DNA of 64,000 bases. Source: Candidatus Multivorans sp. (GTDB lineage Bacteria > Acidobacteriota > Thermoanaerobaculia > Multivoradales > Multivoraceae). The notes under the pieces are model-generated. The model made no database searches, was not told the DNA's origin, and worked only from the letters and a program-made list of their open reading frames with translations. The DNA lies in NCBI GenBank assembly GCA_965247095.1, contig OZ251997.1, positions 832,001 through 896,000 on the forward strand, in the 5' to 3' direction. A program made the translations under genes and the position numbers. Of this stretch, positions 27,999-35,617 are shown piece by piece. The first letter of the stretch is position 1. Each line of letters opens with the position of its first letter.

Positions 27999-29108
27999 AT
28001 GACTGAGTCGCTTTCACCCAACGCAAAGGCCATCCTGCTGCTGACGGCGCCGTTGATTGTGGGCCGCGGGACGCCTAGGGACACGGTCGAGAGACCGCTC
28101 TCGCCGAAACGCGAGTACTCCGAGCTGGTGAGGCGTCTGCGCGAGATCGGGCGCGAGCCTGCGGACCTCATCGGCGTTGACGCGCTGCCCGTGCTCGACG
28201 AGTGTCTGGGGACCGCCGGACCCCGAATCGACCAGCACCGGATCGAGTTCCTGCTGGGGCGGGGAGTCCAGTTGAGTCTTGCCGTAGAACGGTGGCAGGC
28301 CCGGGCGATCTGGGTCTTGAGCCGGGCCGACGATGGGTACCCCAGGCGGCTGAAGGCGCGGCTTCGTGAGAAGACGCCTCCCATTCTCTATGGCTGCGGC
28401 GACCGGTCTTTAGTGGATAGGGGCGGCCTGGCAGTCGTCGGCCCGCGGGACGTCGGAACAAACCTGATCGACTACGCGCAGGCCGTCGGTGTACTTGCAG
28501 CCAGGTCAGGCCGGGCTGTCATCTCGGGAGCAGCCAGGGGGGTGGACCGGGCGGCGATGGCCGGTGCGCTCACTGCCGGTGGTTGGGCAGTGGGCGTGCT
28601 CGCCAACGACCTCGCTCGGGCCTCAACGCACCGGGAGAACAGGGATGCTTTGCTCGATGGGAGACTCGTGCTGGTCTCGCCGTACGATCCCACGGCGCGG
28701 TTCTTTGCCGGCCACGCGATGGAAAGAAACCACTCCGTCTACGGCCTCGCCGACGCATCGCTGGTCGTTGAGGCGCTAGTGGACCGGGGCGGTACTTGGG
28801 CTGGCGCCACAGCGCAGCTCGACAGGCGTTCAGCCTGTCCGGTCTATGTACGGTCGACCTTGGGCCACTCCGAAGGGCTTGCTGCATTGGAGGCTCAAGG
28901 AGCTCTACCGTGGCCGAATCCTCAGGACGCTGAGGAGTTCGGAGCGGCTCTCGACCAGGGCGTGGTCGAGACTGTGCTTCCCGGCGGGCAGCAGGCCTTG
29001 ATCGCGGAGCCCGCACCGCCGACCCTTGCGGAACCTCGTCGGGTCGCCGGCGCTGGGCGGTCGGGTGATTCTGGAGAAGGGCCGGGCGGCGGCAAAGACC
29101 GCAACTGA
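27999..29108 (+). CDS. psyrA: DprA/SMF-like protein (PsyrA/RqlI-like)
   Basis: AILLLTAPL N-terminal domain, YPRRLK, PPILYGCG, LAVVGPR, ISGAARGVDRAAM, AMERN and GGTWAGA. Confidence 0.88.
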   Translation: MTESLSPNAKAILLLTAPLIVGRGTPRDTVERPLSPKREYSELVRRLREIGREPADLIGVDALPVLDECLGTAGPRIDQHRIEFLLGRGVQLSLAVERWQARAIWVLSRADDGYPRRLKARLREKTPPILYGCGDRSLVDRGGLAVVGPRDVGTNLIDYAQAVGVLAARSGRAVISGAARGVDRAAMAGALTAGGWAVGVLANDLARASTHRENRDALLDGRLVLVSPYDPTARFFAGHAMERNHSVYGLADASLVVEALVDRGGTWAGATAQLDRRSACPVYVRSTLGHSEGLAALEAQGALPWPNPQDAEEFGAALDQGVVETVLPGGQQALIAEPAPPTLAEPRRVAGAGRSGDSGEGPGGGKDRN

Positions 29109-29113
29109 CCCTA

Positions 29114-29266
29114 GCGCGGCAGAACTACCGGAGGCCGGCGCTTCGCGCCGGATGCGGGCAGGATGCCCGCGTGCCATCCGTGCGCCCGATGACGGGCGCA
29201 CGGAGTGGTTCGCGTGTGGCGCGGGTCGCGCCACACGGGTTCCCAGGCCAGATCGTTCTGCCGCGC
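29114..29266. mobile_element. 153-bp MITE/REP composite element, copy 1
   Basis: 12-bp terminal inverted repeats GCGCGGCAGAAC/GTTCTGCCGCGC enclosing four hairpins; near-identical to 35458-35610. Confidence 0.85.
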
Positions 29267-29332
29267 AGTCTCCTGGGACGGAAGAGGCTATCGAAGGCGC
29301 GACGAAGCCATCTCGTCACCTACTCCCCGCAC

Positions 29333-30907
29333 CTACTCCCCGCCGACCCGCTCCAGGTACACCGCCTCCAGCAGGTCGAGCTTGTCCTTGAGCACTCCCT
29401 CCGTGGCCTGCGGTTCCGGGGCGTCGAGAACCATCCAGGTGTCGCTGTCTCCGTCGTACCCGGGCCACTCCGGGGCGCCGTCGCCGTTCGGGTCGCCGGT
29501 GGCGGCGAAGCGGGTCCAGTAGCCGGCCATCGCATCGCCGAGGGCGGCGCCGTCGGCGCCGGGGTAGCGCTCGGACTCCGGGTTGTTCGTGTCGCCGAAG
29601 GCGTAGGCGACCTCGGAACCGTGGGGGGCCCCGGGGAACGTCTCGCGCTGGGCTTCGGGAACGAACTGGAAGTAGTAGGCCCATCCCGGCGAGGAGACGG
29701 TCTTCATCTGCTCCACGAGGTAGCGCGCCGAGATGACGTAGCGCTGGTCGCCGAAGAGGGTCGCCGCGGCGACGCGCTCGGCGTCGTCGTCGGTTCCTTC
29801 GTCCGCGCCGTAGAGACTTCGGGCCTGCTGTTCGCGGTCGCCGAAGGCGGCGAAGTAGTCATCGGGCGCCATCGCGAAGGCGCGGAAGATGGTCCCTTCG
29901 AAGCTGTTGCCGCCGGTGATGTAGGGCACGTCGTGCTGCTCGCCGCGGGCGAAGACGATGCCGGGCTCGTCGGGTAGCACGGTGCCCACAATCGGCACCC
30001 AGAAGCTTCCGCGCTGTGCGATGAGTTCCTCGAACGGAATCGCCCGCAGGCCGGCGCCGGAAGGGGCCTCGCCGAGATCGAAACCATCGTCGATCAGCTC
30101 GGCGCCCTGGTCGCGCGCCGAGGGCAGGCCCCACCTGGCTTCACTGATGTGGGGCAGGGACCAGGCGCCGTAGCCGCTCTCGGCGATCGCGCGGTGAAAC
30201 AGCCCTTCGGCGGCAGGGGCGCTCATCAGGGTGTTCACCGCCATCCCGCCCGCCGAGACGCCGAAGATCGTCACGCGCTCCGGGTCGCCTCCGAAGGCCG
30301 CGGCGTTGCGCTGGACCCACTCGAGAGCGGCCACCATGTCGAGCACGCCGTGGTTCGCCTCGGGTTCGCCGGCGGCCTCGGCCTCCGCGGCCAGGGCCGG
30401 ATGGGCAAAGAAGCCGAGCACGCCCAGCCGGTACTGGATGCTGACCACGACGACATCGCGCCGCGCCAGGCCGGCGCCGCGGCCTGTGACGGGCGCCTCG
30501 CCGAGCCGGCCGTTGCCGCCGACGAAGCCGCCGCCGTGAATCCACACCATGACCGGCAGCGGTTCGCTATCCGCGCGATCGGTTGGGGTCCAGACGTTCA
30601 GGTACAGGCAGTCCTCGCTGTGAGGGAGCTGGGCGCGGGGTTGCGGGCAGATGGGGGTGTGGTCGGAGGCTACGAGCGGCTCGGTCCAGGGGTCGGCAGG
30701 TTGGGGCGGACGCCAGCGCAGCTCGCCGTCCGGCGGTTGGGCGAATGGGATGCCCAGGAAGGCGGCGATGTCGGCGCTGCCTTCCGGAGCGAACCCCTGG
30801 ACCGGGCCGGCGTCGGTCTGGACCAGGAAGGGGTCGGCGGGCTCGCCGGTGCAGGCGAGGAGGGCGATGAGGGCGAGGAGGAAGGCGATGGAGGATGGAC
30901 GTTTCAT
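29333..30907 (-). CDS. Type-B carboxylesterase (lipoprotein)
   Basis: FLGIPFAQPP, SEDCLYLNVW, WIHGGGF, FGVSAGG nucleophile elbow and GAPHGSE; lipobox LLAC. Confidence 0.93.
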   Translation of the reverse strand: MKRPSSIAFLLALIALLACTGEPADPFLVQTDAGPVQGFAPEGSADIAAFLGIPFAQPPDGELRWRPPQPADPWTEPLVASDHTPICPQPRAQLPHSEDCLYLNVWTPTDRADSEPLPVMVWIHGGGFVGGNGRLGEAPVTGRGAGLARRDVVVVSIQYRLGVLGFFAHPALAAEAEAAGEPEANHGVLDMVAALEWVQRNAAAFGGDPERVTIFGVSAGGMAVNTLMSAPAAEGLFHRAIAESGYGAWSLPHISEARWGLPSARDQGAELIDDGFDLGEAPSGAGLRAIPFEELIAQRGSFWVPIVGTVLPDEPGIVFARGEQHDVPYITGGNSFEGTIFRAFAMAPDDYFAAFGDREQQARSLYGADEGTDDDAERVAAATLFGDQRYVISARYLVEQMKTVSSPGWAYYFQFVPEAQRETFPGAPHGSEVAYAFGDTNNPESERYPGADGAALGDAMAGYWTRFAATGDPNGDGAPEWPGYDGDSDTWMVLDAPEPQATEGVLKDKLDLLEAVYLERVGGE

Positions 30908-30920
30908 GGTTGGAGATCCA

Positions 30921-32369
30921 TCAGCGGGCGTCGCCGCCGGCGGTGGGCGGAATCCCGGTTGCCGCTGCCGGCCGGCGGTCGGGTGTGACCGCGATGATCT
31001 GCAGCAGGTCGAGCATCGTCTGCCACCCGCGCTCGACGTTCTGGACCGATATCCGCTCGTTGTTGCCGTGCACTCCGCCCTGATCGGAGCTCGGGATGAC
31101 GACCGGCGAGAAGCCGTAGGCGACGATCCCGAGGTCGCGGAAGAAGTGGCTGTCGGTGAAGCCGGCGGTGACGGCGGGCAAGACCGTCGAACCGGGGTAG
31201 CGGCGTGCCGTGACGTTCTCGATGGCGCGGTAGAGCTCGGTATCGGTCGAGGAGACGGCCGGCGTGAAGGACATGAGGACCTCGATCGAGACCGACGGCT
31301 GGTCGAGGCTGGCTCTCAGGTCGCGGATGAAAAGGCGCGGGCTCTGATCGGGCAACAGGCGACAGTCGAGTTCGGCGCTTGCGGCGGGGGCCACGACGTT
31401 GATCTTGCTCGACGCTTCGAGCCGCGTGACCGCGCAGGTGTTCCTGGTCAGGGCGTGCAGCATCGGGTTCGTCCGGTGCAGGGCGGCGAGCCGCTCCGGC
31501 GCCGCGATCAGCCGTTCGGGATCGGCAAGATCGGCTGCCGCGGCCTCCAGGTCAGCCAGACTTCGGAAGAAGTCGCCCACAGCGGGCACGATACGAGGCG
31601 CGAAGGGGTTCCGACCCAGACGCTCCAGCGCTTCGACCAGGTCGGTTACCGCGCTTCGTGGGGACGGACTCGAGCCGTGGCCGGCGGGACCCACCGCGTT
31701 CAGCCTCAGCCAGAGCGGCACCTTCTGCGTCACCTCGACGCTGAACGCCACGCGGTTGCCCAGAATGCGCCCACTGCCGCCCTCGTTCAGGAGCAGACCG
31801 ACACCTTCGAGAAGGTCCGGCCGGTTGCGGACGAGCCAGCCGGCGCCCTTCAGACCCCCGGCCTCTTCGTCCGCCGTGGCGAGGAAGATGACGTCTCGGT
31901 TGAGGGGCTTGCCGGAGCGGGCGAGGGCGAGGAACGCCTCCAGGTGCATGATGCCCAGACCCTTGGTATCCAGGGCCCCCCGACCGTAGAGGTAGCCCTC
32001 GTCGTAGGCGCCGGAGAGCGGGCCGTGCTTCCAGAAGCGGCCGTCCGCCGGCACCACGTCCGTGTGGTGGAGCAGGATGATGCCCGGCGCCGAACCGCCC
32101 GTAAGACGCGCCCAGATGCTGCCCCGGCCGGGCGCCGGCTCGACGGTCTCGTAGGCGATCCCCTCGCGCTCGAAGATGTCCTCGAAGAAGGCGACGGCGC
32201 GACTCTCGTTGCCGGGCGGGTTGGTCGTGTCGATCCGCAGGTACTGCTGCAGCCGTTCGGATGCCCGCGGCAGAGCCGGATCGTCGGTCTGGTCCTCCAG
32301 GGGCGAACCGGCGGCGCCCATGGCCGCGAGAACTGCCATGGCCAGCGCGATCGTGGCCGGCGTGAGCAT
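30921..32369 (-). CDS. M20/M25/M40 family metallopeptidase
   Basis: HHTDVVP, GRGALDTKG, ADEEAGG, LNEGG, GFTDSHFFR and VHGNNERI. Confidence 0.93.
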   Translation of the reverse strand: MLTPATIALAMAVLAAMGAAGSPLEDQTDDPALPRASERLQQYLRIDTTNPPGNESRAVAFFEDIFEREGIAYETVEPAPGRGSIWARLTGGSAPGIILLHHTDVVPADGRFWKHGPLSGAYDEGYLYGRGALDTKGLGIMHLEAFLALARSGKPLNRDVIFLATADEEAGGLKGAGWLVRNRPDLLEGVGLLLNEGGSGRILGNRVAFSVEVTQKVPLWLRLNAVGPAGHGSSPSPRSAVTDLVEALERLGRNPFAPRIVPAVGDFFRSLADLEAAAADLADPERLIAAPERLAALHRTNPMLHALTRNTCAVTRLEASSKINVVAPAASAELDCRLLPDQSPRLFIRDLRASLDQPSVSIEVLMSFTPAVSSTDTELYRAIENVTARRYPGSTVLPAVTAGFTDSHFFRDLGIVAYGFSPVVIPSSDQGGVHGNNERISVQNVERGWQTMLDLLQIIAVTPDRRPAAATGIPPTAGGDAR

Positions 32370-32615
32370 TCTTGATTGTCGGGGTCGGAAGGGAATGCGA
32401 ATCTACACCCGGGACGTCTGGCTGTTGCCTGCGACAGACGACCCGTGGGTCGCGGATCGTGTGGTTGGGAAGAGGAGGGCAAGCATATGGCAACTGGGAG
32501 CGGATTCGCGGTGCGTCGTGTGGCGGAGAAGGAAGCTCAGGCGCCGAAGCGCCGTATCCCGCCTTGCCGCCGGTATGATCGCGCGGCCGCGCACCCACTT
32601 GGAGGAGAAACCGCA

Positions 32616-34577
32616 TTGACCAGACCAAACGGAGCACTCAGGCCGTCGATCATCCTTGCCGCGCTGGTGCTGGCGGCGCCCGCATCCCGGGCACAGCACG
32701 GCGTCGGCGCCGGCGACTGGCCGTCCTACGGCGGCGACTACGGCAGCACGAAGTACACCGCGCTCGATCAGATCGACCGCGACAACGTCGCCGACCTCGA
32801 GGTGGCTTGGCGCTGGGCGTCTCCCGACAACGCCGAGGCCGAGACCAGGCACGCGATGCTCAAGCCGGGGCCCTACAAGGTGACGCCGCTGATGGTCGAC
32901 GGCGTGCTCTACGTATCGACGTCATATGGCCAGGTGGCCGCGATCGACGGCGAGACCGGGGAGTCGAAGTGGGTCTTCGACACCGAGGACTGGCGCACGA
33001 GTCGGCCGACGAACCTGGGTTACAACCACCGCGGCGTCGGCTACTGGACGGACGGTGAGCAGGCGCGGATCCTGATGCCGACGAACCAGGCCTACCTGTG
33101 GGCGATCGACGCCCATACCGGCGAACCGGTCGGCGGCTTCGGGACGGAGGGCAAGGTCGATCTGACTGAGGGACTCGGCCGGACGGTGCCGCGCCGCGTG
33201 TACTCGGTGATCTCGGCGCCGATGGTCATCGGCGACACGGTGGTCGTCGGGTCGTCGATCTTCGACGGTCCGATCCGCAAGGAGATGCCCCCCGGCCATG
33301 TGCGCGGATTCGACGTGCGCACCGGCGAGCAGAAGTGGATCTTCCACACCATTCCCCAGGGCGACGAACCGGGAGTCGAGACCTGGGAGAACGAGTCGTG
33401 GACCTACAGCGGCAACACGAACGTCTGGTCCGTGATGAGCGGCGACCCGGAGCTGGGCTACGTCTACCTGCCCATCAGCACGCCGACGAACGACTGGTAT
33501 GGCGGCCACCGCCTGGGCGACAACCTCTACGCCGAGAGCCTGGTCTGCGTCGACGCGGACACCGGCGAAAAGGTGTGGCACTTCCAGTTCGTCCACCACG
33601 GCCTGTGGGACTACGACGTGCCGGCGGCGCCGAACCTGGTCGACATCGTGGTAGACGGCAAGGAGATCAAGGCCGTCGCCCAGATCACGAAGCAGGGCTT
33701 CATCTACGTCTTCGATCGCGAGACCGGCGAACCCGTGTGGCCGATCGAGGAGCGGCCGGTGCCGCAGACCGACGTGCCCGGCGAGCGCACATCGGAGACC
33801 CAGCCTTTCCCGACCAAGCCGGCGCCCTACGAGCACCAGGGGTTCGTCGGCGACGACATGCTGATTGCGTTCACTCCCGAACTGCACAAGGCGGCGAAGA
33901 AGATCCGGGACAAGTGGGTCTACGGGCCGCTGTTCACGCCGCCTTCGCTTCAGGGCACCGTGCTGCTCCCGGGTTGGGGCGGCGGCGCGAACTGGTACGG
34001 CGCGGCGGTCGATCCCGAGACCTCGACGATCTACATCCCGTCGTTCACCATGCCGATGGTCGTCAAGCTGACCGAGCCGGACGGCGCCCGCTCGAACTTC
34101 CGTTACATCCGCGGCATGAGCGGCATCGAGAGCTTCTTCCTCCCGGGTCCGATGGGCCTGCCCCTGACCAGGCCGCCCTATGGCCGGATGACTGCGATCG
34201 ATCTGAACACGGGCGAGCACGCCTGGATGAAGCCTCTCGGTGACGGCCCGCGAGCGCAGATCGAGCGGATTACCGGTGAGGATCCAGGTCCGCTTGGCGG
34301 ACCGCCCGCCGCCGGGCCGCTGCTGACCACCACCCTGCTGTTCCAGGCTCAGGGCGGCGCGCCGGGCATGGGCGGCGGTGGCGGTGGCGACGAGGTGTCC
34401 GTGCTGCGAGCATTCGACAAGAGGACCGGCGACGTGATCCACGAAGTGAACCTCGATCTGGCGCCGAGCGGTACGCCGATGTCCTACGAGATCGGCGGCC
34501 GTCAGTACATCGCCCTAGCGGCCGGCGGCGAGGGCCAGGCGGAGATCATTGCCCTGGCGTTGCCGGAAGCAGAGTAG
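32616..34577 (+). CDS. PQQ-dependent dehydrogenase (quinoprotein glucose dehydrogenase-like)
   Basis: DWPSYGGD, TPLMVDGVLY, GHVRGFDVRTG, WHFQFVHHGLWDYD, GGANWYG and PMSYEIGGRQYI; TTG start behind GGAGGAG. Confidence 0.92.
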   Translation: MTRPNGALRPSIILAALVLAAPASRAQHGVGAGDWPSYGGDYGSTKYTALDQIDRDNVADLEVAWRWASPDNAEAETRHAMLKPGPYKVTPLMVDGVLYVSTSYGQVAAIDGETGESKWVFDTEDWRTSRPTNLGYNHRGVGYWTDGEQARILMPTNQAYLWAIDAHTGEPVGGFGTEGKVDLTEGLGRTVPRRVYSVISAPMVIGDTVVVGSSIFDGPIRKEMPPGHVRGFDVRTGEQKWIFHTIPQGDEPGVETWENESWTYSGNTNVWSVMSGDPELGYVYLPISTPTNDWYGGHRLGDNLYAESLVCVDADTGEKVWHFQFVHHGLWDYDVPAAPNLVDIVVDGKEIKAVAQITKQGFIYVFDRETGEPVWPIEERPVPQTDVPGERTSETQPFPTKPAPYEHQGFVGDDMLIAFTPELHKAAKKIRDKWVYGPLFTPPSLQGTVLLPGWGGGANWYGAAVDPETSTIYIPSFTMPMVVKLTEPDGARSNFRYIRGMSGIESFFLPGPMGLPLTRPPYGRMTAIDLNTGEHAWMKPLGDGPRAQIERITGEDPGPLGGPPAAGPLLTTTLLFQAQGGAPGMGGGGGGDEVSVLRAFDKRTGDVIHEVNLDLAPSGTPMSYEIGGRQYIALAAGGEGQAEIIALALPEAE

Positions 34578-34590
34578 GGAGAACGGACGA

Positions 34591-35451
34591 ATGAAACTCC
34601 TTTCCCTGGTGCGAGACGGCCGATCCGCGATCGGCGTGCTGGCGGACGAGCAGACCGTCGTCGACCTGAGCATTGCTTTGCCGGACCTGCCGCGCGGCAT
34701 GTGCCGGTTCCTGGCTGCCGGCGAGGGAGCGATGGAGGCGGCTCGTCGCGCCCTGGACTCGGGCGCCGGCCGCGCGTCCCTGGCCGATCAGAAACTGCTG
34801 GCCCCGGTGCCGCGGCCGCGGAAGTTCCTCGCCATCGGCCTGAACTACGCCGACCACGCGGCCGAGACCGGGCAGAAGCCGCCGTCGTTCCCGACGGTCT
34901 TTAACAAGCAGGTCACCTGCATCAACAGGCCGGGTGGCGACATCCACATCCCGCGGGCATCCTCCGCGGTCGACTACGAAGGCGAGTTCGCCTTCGTCAT
35001 CGGCCGCCGTTGCCGTGGCGTGGCGGCAGCCGACGCCGACTCGGTCATCGCCGGTTACACGATCGTCAACGACGTCTCCGTCCGCGACTGGCAGCGACGG
35101 TCTCCGACGATGATCCTGGGCAAGGGCTGGGACACCCACGGTCCGATGGGGCCGTTCCTGGTTACGGCCGACGAGGTCGAGGATCCGCACTCGCTCGGCA
35201 TCCGCACCTGGGTCAACGGCGAGCTGCGGCAGGACTCGAACACGCGCGAGCTGGTCTTCGACTGTCCGAAGCTGGTCGAGACGATCTCGACGATGTGTAC
35301 GCTCGAGCCCGGTGACGTGGTGACCACGGGCACGCCGGCGGGCGTCGGTTTGGGCCACAAACCGCCGAAGTTCCTGGTTCCCGGCGATGTGGTGCGGATC
35401 GAGATCGACGGCCTCGGGGCGCTGGAGAACCCCGTAATCGCCGAGCCGTAG
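34591..35451 (+). CDS. Fumarylacetoacetate hydrolase family protein
   Basis: AIGLNYADH, VDYEGE, NDVSVRDWQ, GKGWDTHGPMGP and TGTPAGVG. Confidence 0.95.
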   Translation: MKLLSLVRDGRSAIGVLADEQTVVDLSIALPDLPRGMCRFLAAGEGAMEAARRALDSGAGRASLADQKLLAPVPRPRKFLAIGLNYADHAAETGQKPPSFPTVFNKQVTCINRPGGDIHIPRASSAVDYEGEFAFVIGRRCRGVAAADADSVIAGYTIVNDVSVRDWQRRSPTMILGKGWDTHGPMGPFLVTADEVEDPHSLGIRTWVNGELRQDSNTRELVFDCPKLVETISTMCTLEPGDVVTTGTPAGVGLGHKPPKFLVPGDVVRIEIDGLGALENPVIAEP

Positions 35452-35457
35452 CGGCTA

Positions 35458-35610
35458 GCGCGGCAGAACTCCCAGAGGCCGGCGCTTCGCGCCGGATGCG
35501 GGCAGGATGCCCGCGTGCCATCCGTGCGCCCGATGACGGGCGCACGGAGTGGTTCGCGTGTGGCGCGGGTCGCGCCACACGGGTTCCCAGGTCAGATCGT
35601 TCTGCCGCGC
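35458..35610. mobile_element. 153-bp MITE/REP composite element, copy 2
   Basis: Same orientation, length and terminal repeats as 29114-29266; both are preceded by CTA and lie between convergent genes. Confidence 0.85.
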
Positions 35611-35617
35611 ACGCCCG

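Larger units (their letters stand above)
7671..29108 (+). other. Anti-phage defence island: BREX type 1, two nested modules and a PsyrTA-like pair
   Basis: 13 co-oriented, mostly overlapping ORFs of defence families. Bounded by a broken vapC on the left and a 153-bp repeat on the right. No integrase seen. Confidence 0.9.

Noticed and set aside
25957-29108. Housekeeping recQ and competence dprA
   Set aside because: The PRTase-fused RecQ lacks an HRDC domain and is paired with an N-extended DprA in a defence island, which fits PsyrTA/RqlHI.
7671-29108. Prophage, ICE or transposon as carrier of the island
   Set aside because: No integrase, transposase, conjugation or phage genes, and no flanking direct repeats found.
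29114-29266. Possible tRNA or attachment site (cloverleaf-like fold at the island edge)
   Set aside because: Too long, with no T-loop or D-loop consensus and no CCA; no matching copy at the left island border.
29026-29391. Short ORFs across the 153-bp repeats (also 35213-35578 and 57094-57475)
   Set aside because: Their shared peptide similarity comes only from the repeat DNA.
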